Source: Ponticaulis sp. (GTDB taxonomy: Bacteria; Pseudomonadota; Alphaproteobacteria; Caulobacterales; Hyphomonadaceae). Taken from it: a stretch of DNA of 64,000 bases. The position numbers were made by a program, and so were the translations under genes. Under the pieces are notes generated by a model. The model saw nothing but the letters and a program-made list of their open reading frames with translations. It was not told the DNA's origin and made no database searches. The stretch lies in NCBI GenBank assembly GCA_002701295.1, contig NZUJ01000124.1:53986-117985 (forward strand), in the 5' to 3' direction. Positions within the stretch are counted from its first letter, which is position 1; the number at the start of each line of letters is the position of its first letter. Shown in pieces: positions 9,209 through 19,019 of the stretch.

Positions 9209-10849
9209 ATGGACTTGAATGGTTTTCTACTGATTGCGGCAGTTGTCGCGCTCGAAGTCAGCCTGATCGCACTCGTAGTGATCGCGTTGAACCGGTTTCT
9301 GCCAGACCGCCTCGTCGCAGCGCGCCACAATCTCGCACTCGCTGCCTTTCTACTCATTCCGGTACTCTTCATTTTTGCGAGCCAGCCCGGAAAACCCAAA
9401 CCGCAACAGCCGGAACCTGTTCTTCTGAACCGCGTCACCACAGCCCAGCCGCAAGGATTTGGCGGTGAACCGATACAGATTGCACCTGTGAACGAGCGAG
9501 CGGTTTCGAGCCAATCCTTCGAAACGGCGACCATCGCGCCAATCTCATTCACGAACATCGCCTTGACCATCTGGGCGATTGGTACAGGCCTCATGCTGCT
9601 GCGTCTTGCCGGTGATCTGGTACAGCTTCAGTCGCTTCGATCTCGAAGCGTTGTCGCCCACCTGCCCGCCTCGCTTCGGCTTTCCCGACGCATCACAGCG
9701 CGACGCTCAGCCGATATCGACGCCCCTATGGTTGTCGGCTTTTTCCGCCCGGTCATTCTTCTGCCTATGGATTTCGATGTGCATTTCAGGGCGCATGGCG
9801 TTCTGGAGCATGAGATCGCCCACATCCGGCGCGGCGACGCCTGGGCAGAGCTCGGCCTTCGCCTGGTTCTGGCAGCGTTCTGGTGGATCGCGCCGCTTTA
9901 CCTGCTTCACAAAATCATCCGCCAGACCCGCGAAACGCTTTGTGATGCGCGGGCGGCGACAGTCACTGGTGCGCCTGCAGAACTCGCACACGCTCTCCTG
10001 GATGCAGCTGCTCGCGTGACCAGAGTCCCGGCCATGGCACTCTCAGCCAGCCCGACACGCCCCAACCTGTCAACCCGCATCGAATACCTGACCTCCAACA
10101 ACACACCCTCAGGAAGGACCCCTCTTATGCGCCTGCATGTTATTCTGCCAACAATGGCCATCTTTGGCCTCATCGTGACGCCTCAGCTCGGTGAAGCGCG
10201 TGAGATCGACGAAAAAAAGCTGATCTTCTCCCAACTGGAAGATGATGATCAGCTCGCCGTCGGAGACTCATCTGAACGCGTCTATGTCTATAGCGGCGAC
10301 AAAGATCTGGACCTTGAAGAACTCGAAGCCAGACTTTCCGAAATTGATTTTGCTGAACTGGAAGCCCGTCTCAACGAAATGGAAATCGAGATCGAAGCCA
10401 AAATGGCGGATATCGATTTCTCTGAATTCGAAGCCAGAATGGACGCGCTCGATTTCTCCGAGTTTGAAGCGAAGATGGAGGCGATGGAAGCCGAAATCGA
10501 AGCCCGCGTCGCCGAGATGGATTTTTCTGCCATGGAAGCTGAGATCGAAGCAAAGATTGAAGCCATGGATTTCGAAGCACTCGAGGCGCAAATTGAAGCC
10601 AAATTGTCAGAAATCGACTTCGCTCAGCTCGAAAAACTCGCCGAACTTGAAGAGCTGTCTCAGCTGAAGGCTCTTTCGCGTCTGGAAGACCTGTCGCGCC
10701 TCGAAAATCTGAAGAATCTAAAGGTTGTGAGAGTTCCGCCTGCACCACCCGCTCCTGCAGCAATGCCTGAACTGTCTCGCGAACAAGCGCTCGAAAAAAT
10801 GGAACAGGAGTTCTATGAACGGAACCCCGACTATCGTCGCGACGAATAG
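9209..10849 (+). CDS. M56 (BlaR1-like) membrane metallopeptidase with acidic repeat C-terminal domain
   Basis: N-terminal TMs, PMVVGFFRPVILLP, HEIAHIRRGD, ExxCD, LSTRI. Confidence 0.85.
   Translation: MDLNGFLLIAAVVALEVSLIALVVIALNRFLPDRLVAARHNLALAAFLLIPVLFIFASQPGKPKPQQPEPVLLNRVTTAQPQGFGGEPIQIAPVNERAVSSQSFETATIAPISFTNIALTIWAIGTGLMLLRLAGDLVQLQSLRSRSVVAHLPASLRLSRRITARRSADIDAPMVVGFFRPVILLPMDFDVHFRAHGVLEHEIAHIRRGDAWAELGLRLVLAAFWWIAPLYLLHKIIRQTRETLCDARAATVTGAPAELAHALLDAAARVTRVPAMALSASPTRPNLSTRIEYLTSNNTPSGRTPLMRLHVILPTMAIFGLIVTPQLGEAREIDEKKLIFSQLEDDDQLAVGDSSERVYVYSGDKDLDLEELEARLSEIDFAELEARLNEMEIEIEAKMADIDFSEFEARMDALDFSEFEAKMEAMEAEIEARVAEMDFSAMEAEIEAKIEAMDFEALEAQIEAKLSEIDFAQLEKLAELEELSQLKALSRLEDLSRLENLKNLKVVRVPPAPPAPAAMPELSREQALEKMEQEFYERNPDYRRDE
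10304..10720 (+). repeat. Coding tandem repeats (about 11-aa DF..(L/F/M)EA units, then L..L..L units)
   Basis: DFAELEARL / DFSEFEARM / DFSEFEAKM / DFSAMEAEI / DFEALEAQI / DFAQLEKLA. Confidence 0.85.
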
Positions 10850-10860
10850 GCCCGTTCAGC

Positions 10861-12375
10861 TCAGTGCCGGATCTTCTTTCTGGAAAGCGTTTCGGCACTG
10901 ACCCCATGTTCGGTCTTATCCCAGTAATAAGGGTCCCGAAACAGTTCGAAGATGGCTTTGGCAGCCGCAAAGCTCTGAAGAGGCCAGTAAAGCGGGGCCG
11001 AAATCATCGCCAAAGCAGAGCTAAATGACCTCACCCGTCCCGTTAGAACACATGACAGAATATGCACGGACAGACCCGCACCGCACAGACCCAGGGCCAG
11101 AGCGGGAACAGCGAGCCCCGGAATCAAAGCCGTCAGCAGCAATACTATCAGCCCCGGCCCGTGCAAAAGCGATGAGACCACTGAGCCGCCCAGATAAAGC
11201 ACCGCCCAGACAAAGTTACTCCGCCCCATCTCATTCATTGAGCGTGCAGGATGACGCAGAAAAACACCGAGCGTCTGCATGAACCCCTTTATCCAGCGCG
11301 ATCTCTGCTTCACCCAGGGCCACCATTTGACGGGCGCTTCTTCATAGGTCGGCGGCGTGATGCTTCCAACGCGATAGCCTGCCTGCGCAATGCGTAAGCC
11401 GAGGTCAGCATCTTCCGTGACATTGAACGGATCCCAACCGCCGATCTCTTGTAAAATTCTCTTGTCGAAATGATTGCTTGTGCCGCCGAGCGGGACCGGG
11501 CATCGAAGTTTAGTGAGCCCTGGAACAATGAGACCAAAGTGTACACCATATTCCTGGGTGAACTGGCTCGCGATCCACCCCTCTCCACCATTATGCGGAA
11601 CAAGTGGCGCCTGAACACAGGCCAGCGGCGGAACGCCTCGTTCGATTCGATCATTCTGAAAGGCTCGTACAGCCGCCTTGATCTGCCCTGCATGCATTTG
11701 ATCTTCGGCGTCATAAATGGCGACGAATTGTCCACGCGCGAGCTTGAGACCGAAGTTCAACGCGCGCGGCTTGGTTTGGACCTCACCCTCAGGAATTCGG
11801 ACGATCCGGAAACAGGGCCGCAGCTGAATCTCCTGTAAGGCGGCAAAGGTCAGGTCATCTGACTCTTCGAGAAGTATCAGAATGTCGAGTTGGCGTTTCG
11901 GATAATCCAGGCCTTTGAGCGCGGCAATCAGGTCGTGAACGGCGGCGGGTTCGCGATAGACCGGAACCAGAATAGTGTAGACAGGCCAGATTTGCTTCCT
12001 GCCCTTCTTGGGCGGCGATTCCTGAGAAGCGGGGTCTTCGCGACGACTGAACCAACCCGCGCCGATCAGAATGGCTCTCTGCGCGACCAGACAGGCAAAA
12101 AACGCCCAGACAAGCAAAGTCAGCCCGATGAGAGTCAGCGTCGGCAAGGCGATCAGACCGAGGCTCACAACGCATCCCAGTTGCCTCGCAAGGCGCATCT
12201 GCGCCGGTGTGAGCCCTAGCGTGCAGGAGGCTTCTGGTCTGATCCGGAAAAGTTCCGTTTCTGCATCCCGACGCAATTGTTCTGTATTTTGAAGGCGAAT
12301 AGCGGGATTGCGAATGGGTAGTGCTGAAGGCGCATTTTCGCCTCCGATCCCAAAATACTGCCCACCGTCAGCCAT
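10861..12375 (-). CDS. Membrane GT2 glycosyltransferase (processive type, NfrB/cellulose-synthase-like)
   Basis: LVPVYRE, TKPRALN, YDAED, GGTSNHF, NVTEDADLG, QRSRWIKG (QxxRW). Confidence 0.85.
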   Translation of the reverse strand: MADGGQYFGIGGENAPSALPIRNPAIRLQNTEQLRRDAETELFRIRPEASCTLGLTPAQMRLARQLGCVVSLGLIALPTLTLIGLTLLVWAFFACLVAQRAILIGAGWFSRREDPASQESPPKKGRKQIWPVYTILVPVYREPAAVHDLIAALKGLDYPKRQLDILILLEESDDLTFAALQEIQLRPCFRIVRIPEGEVQTKPRALNFGLKLARGQFVAIYDAEDQMHAGQIKAAVRAFQNDRIERGVPPLACVQAPLVPHNGGEGWIASQFTQEYGVHFGLIVPGLTKLRCPVPLGGTSNHFDKRILQEIGGWDPFNVTEDADLGLRIAQAGYRVGSITPPTYEEAPVKWWPWVKQRSRWIKGFMQTLGVFLRHPARSMNEMGRSNFVWAVLYLGGSVVSSLLHGPGLIVLLLTALIPGLAVPALALGLCGAGLSVHILSCVLTGRVRSFSSALAMISAPLYWPLQSFAAAKAIFELFRDPYYWDKTEHGVSAETLSRKKIRH

Positions 12376-12490
12376 GCGCCAACCCCAATCCCAGATGAGA
12401 TTAAGGCGGGTTGTCCCCTTAGAGTCGAGACTTACTCACAAGAAAGTTTAACTTTTTGTTTACTTTTTAACGAATCGCAATCTGCGCGCA

Positions 12491-13567
12491 CTAAAGATCA
12501 GCACCAACAGCGTCAGCCAGTGACGAGAAGCCGTCCGCCTTCAGGCGATCTTCCAGCCCGGCATTGATCTCGCCCACCAGGTCGATCCCGCGATAAACCA
12601 GCGCCGAGTACAGCTGAACGGCATGAGCACCCGCGCGAATTTTGGCATAAGCCTGCTCCGCAGAGCCGATACCGCCCGCACCAATGAGATCAAACCGCCC
12701 ACCGACGCGCCTCGCAAACGCCCTGAGAATCTCCGTAGACGACTCAAACAGCGGCGCACCCGAAAGACCGCCCTGCTCGCCCTTCTCGTCACTCTTCAAA
12801 GAGTCCGGCCGCGCAAGCGTCGTGTTGGAAATAATCAGACCTGACAGCCAGCTTCCGGCGGCATCAAGCACGTCGACAATATCGTCGATCGCCGTCTCAT
12901 CGAGATCTGGCGCGAGCTTCAGAAACACAGGCCGATCCGGCAGACCCGGATATGCCGTTCGCGCCTGCTCGACCGCCTCACCACAACGCGTCAGCAATTC
13001 AGTCAGCGCGCTCTTGTCCTGCAGCCCTCGCAAGCCCGGCGTGTTTGGGGAGGAGATATTGACGGTCACATAATCACACAGCGGCCAGACTGCGCGAATG
13101 CCAACTTCATAGTCGGCAATCTTGTCTTCAGAAGCCTTGTTCGCACCAACATTGGCGCCGAGCTTTGCTGCGCCCGTATACGTTTTGAGGTTGGCCTCAA
13201 ACTTGGGCAGACCCTCATTGTTAAAGCCCATGCGATTAATGACAGCCTGATCCTCAGTCAGTCGAAACAAACGCGGCTTCGGGTTTCCGGGCTGAGACTT
13301 CGGCGTCACCGTACCGCATTCCACCAGACCAAAACCAAAACGCGACATAGCGCCTGGCACATCGGCATTCTTGTCAAAGCCCGCCGCCAGACCAACAGGA
13401 GAGGTCAACTCAAGTCCTGACTTCGGCAGCGTCACAGCAATAACCGGACTATGCATCACTTTCGGCGCAGGCATCAGGCCCGTCTTCAGCGCGCGTATGG
13501 TCAGCACATGCGCCGTCTCCGGATCCATCGTGCGCAGAATACTCTGCCCGAGCTTGTAAATGACCAT
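12491..13567 (-). CDS. pyrD: Dihydroorotate dehydrogenase (quinone)
   Basis: GLAAGFDKNA, NRMGFNN, NISSPNTPGLR, KLAPD, GGLSG. Confidence 0.95.
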   Translation of the reverse strand: MVIYKLGQSILRTMDPETAHVLTIRALKTGLMPAPKVMHSPVIAVTLPKSGLELTSPVGLAAGFDKNADVPGAMSRFGFGLVECGTVTPKSQPGNPKPRLFRLTEDQAVINRMGFNNEGLPKFEANLKTYTGAAKLGANVGANKASEDKIADYEVGIRAVWPLCDYVTVNISSPNTPGLRGLQDKSALTELLTRCGEAVEQARTAYPGLPDRPVFLKLAPDLDETAIDDIVDVLDAAGSWLSGLIISNTTLARPDSLKSDEKGEQGGLSGAPLFESSTEILRAFARRVGGRFDLIGAGGIGSAEQAYAKIRAGAHAVQLYSALVYRGIDLVGEINAGLEDRLKADGFSSLADAVGADL

Positions 13568-13696
13568 CAGTCGTCGCCTTTTGAGTGAAATCACATTTCG
13601 ATACCATGCTTACTCAACACCTCCAATGCGCGATAATGTGTTGATATTCCCATCCAATCCGGTACAAATAGGAAAACATACCCACAGGAGCGGGTG

Positions 13697-14314
13697 ATGC
13701 GACATACAGATATGTGGAAAGGCCTGGACCTTCTGGCCGATCGCCACGGACTTTCAGCCTCGGCTCTGGCACGCGCCGCCGGGCTTGACCCGACAAGCTT
13801 CAACAAATCCAAACGACAGTCGCGCGATGGCAAGCCGCGATGGCCCTCCACTGAGAGTGTATCCCGCGCTCTCGCTGCTGTCGGCGCGACGTTTGAAGAA
13901 TTTGCTGATCTTGTCGAAGGTCGCCCCGGTCGGTCAGTTCCACTGATCGGTCTCGCACAGGCGGGCAATGATGGTTTTTTCGATGATGGCGGATTTCCGG
14001 CTGGTGAAGGATGGGAATCCATCCGCTTTCCCGGCCTTGAGGATGAAGCGGTTTATGCCCTTGAAATCACGGGCAACTCGATGGAACCGGTTTATCGGGA
14101 AGGCGACCGGGTGATTGTGGCACCCGGCGCACAACTGAGACGCGGCGATCGTATAATCGCGAAGACGCGCGACGGGGAAATCCTGGCCAAGACACTGGGC
14201 CGGACCACCGATGAAAGCATAGAGCTGATCTCAGCCAATCCGGACTACCCGGCACGAAAGTTCAATCGCGAAGATCTGCGATGGATGGCGCGGATTTTAT
14301 GGGCCAGTCAGTAA
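13697..14314 (+). CDS. HTH + S24 peptidase (LexA/CI-like) transcriptional repressor
   Basis: HTH SASALARAAGLDPTSFNKSKR...WPSTES; AG site (AQAG); catalytic Ser (GNSMEP) and Lys (LAKTL). Confidence 0.85.
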   Translation: MRHTDMWKGLDLLADRHGLSASALARAAGLDPTSFNKSKRQSRDGKPRWPSTESVSRALAAVGATFEEFADLVEGRPGRSVPLIGLAQAGNDGFFDDGGFPAGEGWESIRFPGLEDEAVYALEITGNSMEPVYREGDRVIVAPGAQLRRGDRIIAKTRDGEILAKTLGRTTDESIELISANPDYPARKFNREDLRWMARILWASQ

Positions 14315-14317
14315 AGA

Positions 14318-14767
14318 TCAGGCGAACACCTCTGCATCTATTTCGTCGGGGCGCCGCTTCTTCAGACGGTGATACTGAAAGGCGCGGTAAATACCGAGCC
14401 CCACTAAAAACGGGCCGATAATGTTCAGAAAGCCAGGCGACCCGAACTGCCCTTCCATGATCAGCAGCACAAAATCCACCCAGTTCAGCAGAAACAGCAG
14501 CATACCGACACAAAGTGCGATCCGGGACTGCATGACATAGGCAAGCACACCGCACACCAGAGCCAGCACCGCATAAACCGCAAGATAGATTTTTACATCG
14601 AGAGCCTCACTCTGCGACAAATCTTCATTCATCGCGCCGGTCAGCGTCATGAACAGCTGAAATCCGATAAATGCAGACAGGATCAGCAATACCACGCCGG
14701 CACGCTTGGTTGCCTTTCGGGCATTCATAAAATCAGTTTCCGAGAATTTATTGACGTCCGACACCAC
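14318..14767 (-). CDS. Hypothetical membrane protein (about 4 TM)
   Basis: Hydrophobic segments, gene-like codon usage. Confidence 0.65.
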   Translation of the reverse strand: MVSDVNKFSETDFMNARKATKRAGVVLLILSAFIGFQLFMTLTGAMNEDLSQSEALDVKIYLAVYAVLALVCGVLAYVMQSRIALCVGMLLFLLNWVDFVLLIMEGQFGSPGFLNIIGPFLVGLGIYRAFQYHRLKKRRPDEIDAEVFA

Positions 14768-14886
14768 CCACCCCCGAGCACTTTTTCTGTCGTCAGACTG
14801 ACTTGAAAAGACTCAGCTTTGCAACCCCGTCGAGTCAAAACGCGGAATCCAGAGTCAATACGCTTACGAAATAATCCACAGGCTTT

Positions 14887-14902
14887 TTAACCACTCGTTA
14901 AC
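14887..14902. promoter_or_regulatory. Perfect CtrA box within a GANTC-rich intergenic region
   Basis: TTAA-CCACTCG-TTAAC; six GANTC sites between 14810 and 14938. Confidence 0.7.
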
Positions 14903-14972
14903 CGTGCGGCTTGTCTGATTCGGCGAATACGTCGAGTCTTTCTTTCGATGGATAAAACAGGACCAATTCCCC

Positions 14973-15347
14973 ATGGCCCGCATTCAAACACAGGACGCAC
15001 TGGAAATCTGGTGTGAGGTCACGTCAAACATTGTCAGTGGCGACTGGCCGGACCTCACTCTGCGCCAGCAGGCGATATTGATGCAGGTGTATCTGAAACC
15101 GCAGCCGCACACGGTTCGCGGCCTTGCAAAAACGCTGAATATTACAAAGCCCGCTGTCACACGGGCCCTGGACACGCTGTCTGCGCTTGATCTTGTACGG
15201 CGTAAAAAGGACCCGAACGATCTCCGCAATGTGCTGATCCAGCGCACTGTAAAGGGATCGGTCTTCCTGTCGGAATTCTCAGACCTTTTCATTCGCCAGG
15301 CAGATGCCCGCGGCATTGAAGGACCGGAAAACAGAGCGGCTGCATGA
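14973..15347 (+). CDS. MarR-family winged-helix regulator
   Basis: DLTLRQQAILMQVYL, TVRGLAKTLNITKPAVTRALDTL, DLRNVLIQRT. Confidence 0.85.
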   Translation: MARIQTQDALEIWCEVTSNIVSGDWPDLTLRQQAILMQVYLKPQPHTVRGLAKTLNITKPAVTRALDTLSALDLVRRKKDPNDLRNVLIQRTVKGSVFLSEFSDLFIRQADARGIEGPENRAAA

Positions 15348-15369
15348 GCAGCCGCGCATAAAAGTTCGT

Positions 15370-15993
15370 CTAGCTTTCGACCGGCTCAGCTGAGCTCGCA
15401 TCTTCGCCTGAGCGCGCCATCATGGCGCGAAGTCCGGCATCATCGTCACCGGCATCATCGCTCGACTGCGAAGCCTGCGCATCATCAGTCGGCTTGCGAC
15501 GCGAGCGCGAACGTGAGCTGCGGCGGCGGGATGAAGATCCGTCTTTCTGATCACCAGAACTCTCTGAAGAGATGTCCTGCGGCGCTTCACTCTTGCCGTC
15601 TACGACTTCCAGGCCATCAACATCAGAGTCATCACCATTCGACCGTTTAGGCTTCGTCGATGTCACTTCAGCTTCGGCTTCAGAATCGTCTTTGGCGTTC
15701 GCATCATCATTGCGATCATTGTCGTCGTCATCGCGATTGTTCTGATCGTCATTCTGATTGTAACGCTCTTTTGGCGCATTGGCGGCAACGATCCGGAAAT
15801 AGTGCTCAGCGTGCTGAAAGAAGGCTTCAGCAGCGACGCGGTCCCCTGAGGTCTGCGCATCACGCGCATACTGGAGATATTTCTCGTAGATCTGGTTGGC
15901 GTTGCCTCGGATTTTTACATCCGGCCCGTTGCTCTCGTATGAACGATTGCCCGAGTTGTTTGACTTACGCCCACGCCCTCTTTGGCGTTTCAT
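15370..15993 (-). CDS. DUF4167 domain protein with disordered acidic tail
   Basis: MKRQRGRGR...YESNGPDVKIRGNANQIYEKY..ARDA...GDRV.AE...QHAEHYFR. Confidence 0.85.
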   Translation of the reverse strand: MKRQRGRGRKSNNSGNRSYESNGPDVKIRGNANQIYEKYLQYARDAQTSGDRVAAEAFFQHAEHYFRIVAANAPKERYNQNDDQNNRDDDDNDRNDDANAKDDSEAEAEVTSTKPKRSNGDDSDVDGLEVVDGKSEAPQDISSESSGDQKDGSSSRRRSSRSRSRRKPTDDAQASQSSDDAGDDDAGLRAMMARSGEDASSAEPVES

Positions 15994-16157
15994 ATATCCA
16001 TCCTGCATTTGCTGGTAGCCAATAAGGCTTGAAAGACATCCTTGCTATCGGATCACGAACCTGCGCGATTTAGAAAGGAGCCCCGAACAACGATCCAGCC
16101 TCTGGTTCGTTTCAGATACTGCCTAGCGTCTGGAATTGATTCCGCCAAGCCTTTTTT

Positions 16158-17018
16158 TCACTGTTTCTGTGCGATCACTACACGATTATGCCCCGAAAAG
16201 TCTTTAACAACTGTCAAATGTGCAAAATTTTGGCGCGACAACAGGTCTGACACGGAATCCGCCTGATCAAAGCCGATTTCAAACACCAGATGAGCACCCG
16301 ACATCATGCGCGCAGCACATATTTCAATTATTTCCCGATAACAGTCGAGACCATCTGCGCCGCCACCCAGCGCATTAGTCGGGTCGAAGTGTCGCACCTC
16401 AAAATCGAGCGCAGGAATATCTCCATCGGGGATATAGGGTGGATTGGAGATAACAAGCCTCGCCCCGGCAATGGCATCAGCGGCGTCGTGCCAGCTACCC
16501 TCAATGAATTCGATCCGGTCTGACAGGCTCAGGCGATCCGCATTTTCCTGCGCCAGCGATAGTGCTGCGGGACTGATATCAAGGGCAATACCGTTCCAAT
16601 CCGGCAGGAAATGCAGAAAGCTGAGGACCAGACAACCGCTTCCTGTTCCAAGGTCGACGATTGTTCCTGTCTTCTTCTCTGCAGCCAGCCCAAGCGCAGC
16701 CTCAACCAGCCGCTCGCTGTCATTTCTGGGCGCCAGCGCGCGCGTATCTGTCTTGAAGGCCAGCCCCATGAACTCGACCTCACCCAGAATGAGGCTCACT
16801 GGTTCGCCTGAAAACCGTCGCCGAATAAACTCATCATAACTGGCCGCCACATCAGTCGGAACCGTCGCCATCTCCTGCATGATGAGGTCAGCAGAACTGA
16901 GGCCCGAAGCCTTCAGTAGCAAGAGCTTTGCGTCAGATCGTGCGGTTTCAACGCCCGCATCTGCGAGACGCAGGCTCGCAGCCCGCAGCACGTCGCCAAA
17001 GCTGGCCTGCATACTCAC
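16158..17018 (-). CDS. prmC: Release factor glutamine methyltransferase
   Basis: DLGTGSGC, NPPY, FEIG; downstream of prfA. Confidence 0.95.
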   Translation of the reverse strand: MSMQASFGDVLRAASLRLADAGVETARSDAKLLLLKASGLSSADLIMQEMATVPTDVAASYDEFIRRRFSGEPVSLILGEVEFMGLAFKTDTRALAPRNDSERLVEAALGLAAEKKTGTIVDLGTGSGCLVLSFLHFLPDWNGIALDISPAALSLAQENADRLSLSDRIEFIEGSWHDAADAIAGARLVISNPPYIPDGDIPALDFEVRHFDPTNALGGGADGLDCYREIIEICAARMMSGAHLVFEIGFDQADSVSDLLSRQNFAHLTVVKDFSGHNRVVIAQKQ

Positions 17019-17782
17019 AACTGCTCCAACAGATCGCCTTCGCGGACAGTGCCCGATTTGGAGACGTTTGCATAAAGTCCCAGTGTGACGCGATCAAACG
17101 CCGTCTTCAGCAGAGGAACGGTGTCGAGATCATAGGTGCCCGTTTCGGGATTGGCATGCGTCGCCATGCAGCGAACAGTGGGCGCCAGAATAGTCAGCTC
17201 AGCGTCACCAAGCCGCAGAACATCCCCCGAATTCAAGTCATCCTCCGCCCAGGAAGAAAGCCCATCGATATGGATATTCATCCGAAACCGCAGGGGATCG
17301 ACCGGCGTACCGAATGCTTCAGATGCAGTTTTGACGCTTGCCAGGTTGAGGAGAGAGACATGTCCTTTCGGGTGATCCGTGAAACGATGGGCACCCGGAC
17401 CCTCAAGGGTTTTCAAATCGCCATCAAACACGTCAGCAAACTGGCGCGAGAGAAAGGTTGCGAGCTCTGTCTGTCCTTCGGCGGTATGAATCGCAAAGGC
17501 TTTAGAGGCGCCATCAGGCGTGGTCACATGGAAGAGGCCGGTTTCATCTTCGAACTTGGTGTTCAGCTGGGCCACCACAGGGCTGCGAGCGAGCACGGTA
17601 AACTTCTGCTTTTTAACATGCTTCGGGTTGGCGGGATCGAACCCGGACGGACCATTTTCAACAGCAAACAATCGATCTGTCGGAAAACAATCGCCTGCAG
17701 TCAGCACTGCACTCTGGATGCGCTCTGGCGTGAACCCTTTGACAGGATGCCGATAAAGCGCCGCCACGACACCCCAGGTCAT
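17015..17782 (-). CDS. MOSC domain protein
   Basis: YRHPVKG, DRLFA, DPLRFRMNI, RCMATHANP, GLYA. Confidence 0.85.
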   Translation of the reverse strand: MTWGVVAALYRHPVKGFTPERIQSAVLTAGDCFPTDRLFAVENGPSGFDPANPKHVKKQKFTVLARSPVVAQLNTKFEDETGLFHVTTPDGASKAFAIHTAEGQTELATFLSRQFADVFDGDLKTLEGPGAHRFTDHPKGHVSLLNLASVKTASEAFGTPVDPLRFRMNIHIDGLSSWAEDDLNSGDVLRLGDAELTILAPTVRCMATHANPETGTYDLDTVPLLKTAFDRVTLGLYANVSKSGTVREGDLLEQL

Positions 17783-18861
17783 CAGGCTTCGCTCGCCTCC
17801 AGATCAGCCAGCCGTGCGGCCTGATCTTCCGCGAGCAGCGCTGAAATCATCTCGCCCAGATCATCTCCGGCGAGCACCGTCTCCATCTTGTGAAGCGTCA
17901 GCTTGATCCGGTGGTCCGACACCCGGTTCTCTGGGAAGTTATAAGTCCGGATTTTCTCGGACCGATCACCAGAGCCTACCTGAGATTTTCGCGCCTCAGC
18001 TCGGGCCGCATCCTTTTCTTCGCGCTCTTTCTCATAGAGGCGAACTTTCAGAACTTCCATGGCTTTGGCCCGGTTCGCGTGCTGAGACTTCTCTGAAGAC
18101 GTCACCACAATGCCGGTCGGAAGGTGGGTGATGCGCACAGCTGAGTCAGTTGTGTTCACGTGCTGACCACCTGCACCCGACGCGCGCATGGTATCAATTC
18201 GGATATCTTCCTGTTTAACTTCGATATCGACATTCTCAGGCGCTGGCAGCACCGCGACAGTCGCGGCGGACGTATGAATCCGGCCTGAGCTTTCCGTCTT
18301 CGGCACGCGCTGGACACGATGCACGCCGCTTTCAAACTTCAGCTTACCGAACACGCCGTCGCCTTCAATGTCAGCAATGATTTCCTTGAAGCCACCTGCA
18401 TCACCTTCAGAAGCCGAGATGATATTCATTCGCCAGCCCTGAAGCTGCGCATAACGTTGATACATGCGGAACAGATCGCCGGCGAACAGTGCAGCCTCAT
18501 CACCGCCTGTGCCCGCACGGACCTCGATCACCGCATTCGCATCGTCATCCCGGTCTTTAGGCAGAAGCAGAAGCTGCACCTCGCTTTCAAGTTCCGGGAT
18601 CGCATCCTTCAGCGCGTAATACTCTTCGCGTGCCAGTTCAGCCATCTCAGCATCGTCGCCCTCCATCATGGCCTCGGCTTCCTCAAAGTCCGCGCGCGCC
18701 TGTGCAAGCTCTCTGGCTTTGTCGGCGACGGGCTTCAGTTCAGCATGCTCTTTGGACAACGCAACAATCTGATCGGGATCTGAAACTGCACCCATACGGG
18801 CCTCGACCTCGTCAAAACGGTCAATGACTTGTTGCAATCGATGAGCTGGAACGCTGGCCAT
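17782..18861 (-). CDS. prfA: Peptide chain release factor 1
   Basis: [20 protein letters not shown] (PxT), GGQ; start at ATG 18861 behind GGAGA. Confidence 0.97.
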   Translation of the reverse strand: MASVPAHRLQQVIDRFDEVEARMGAVSDPDQIVALSKEHAELKPVADKARELAQARADFEEAEAMMEGDDAEMAELAREEYYALKDAIPELESEVQLLLLPKDRDDDANAVIEVRAGTGGDEAALFAGDLFRMYQRYAQLQGWRMNIISASEGDAGGFKEIIADIEGDGVFGKLKFESGVHRVQRVPKTESSGRIHTSAATVAVLPAPENVDIEVKQEDIRIDTMRASGAGGQHVNTTDSAVRITHLPTGIVVTSSEKSQHANRAKAMEVLKVRLYEKEREEKDAARAEARKSQVGSGDRSEKIRTYNFPENRVSDHRIKLTLHKMETVLAGDDLGEMISALLAEDQAARLADLEASEA

Positions 18862-19019
18862 AGATGGGGATCTCCTGAAGTCGCCAGACATAAGTGCAAT
18901 CGCGGCTCACGAAAAGCTGCAGTCACGCAAAAACTCGTCAACAGGCCTTCAAACTCAAGCTGGCGCAGAACTTGCGAAAGTAAACGCGAAACCTGAATTC
19001 CCTTGAGAGGCGAACCGAC

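Noticed and set aside
10304-10720. Repetitive DNA as a CRISPR array or mobile repeat
   Set aside because: Repeats are degenerate at DNA level and conserved at protein level inside one ORF; no spacers or cas genes
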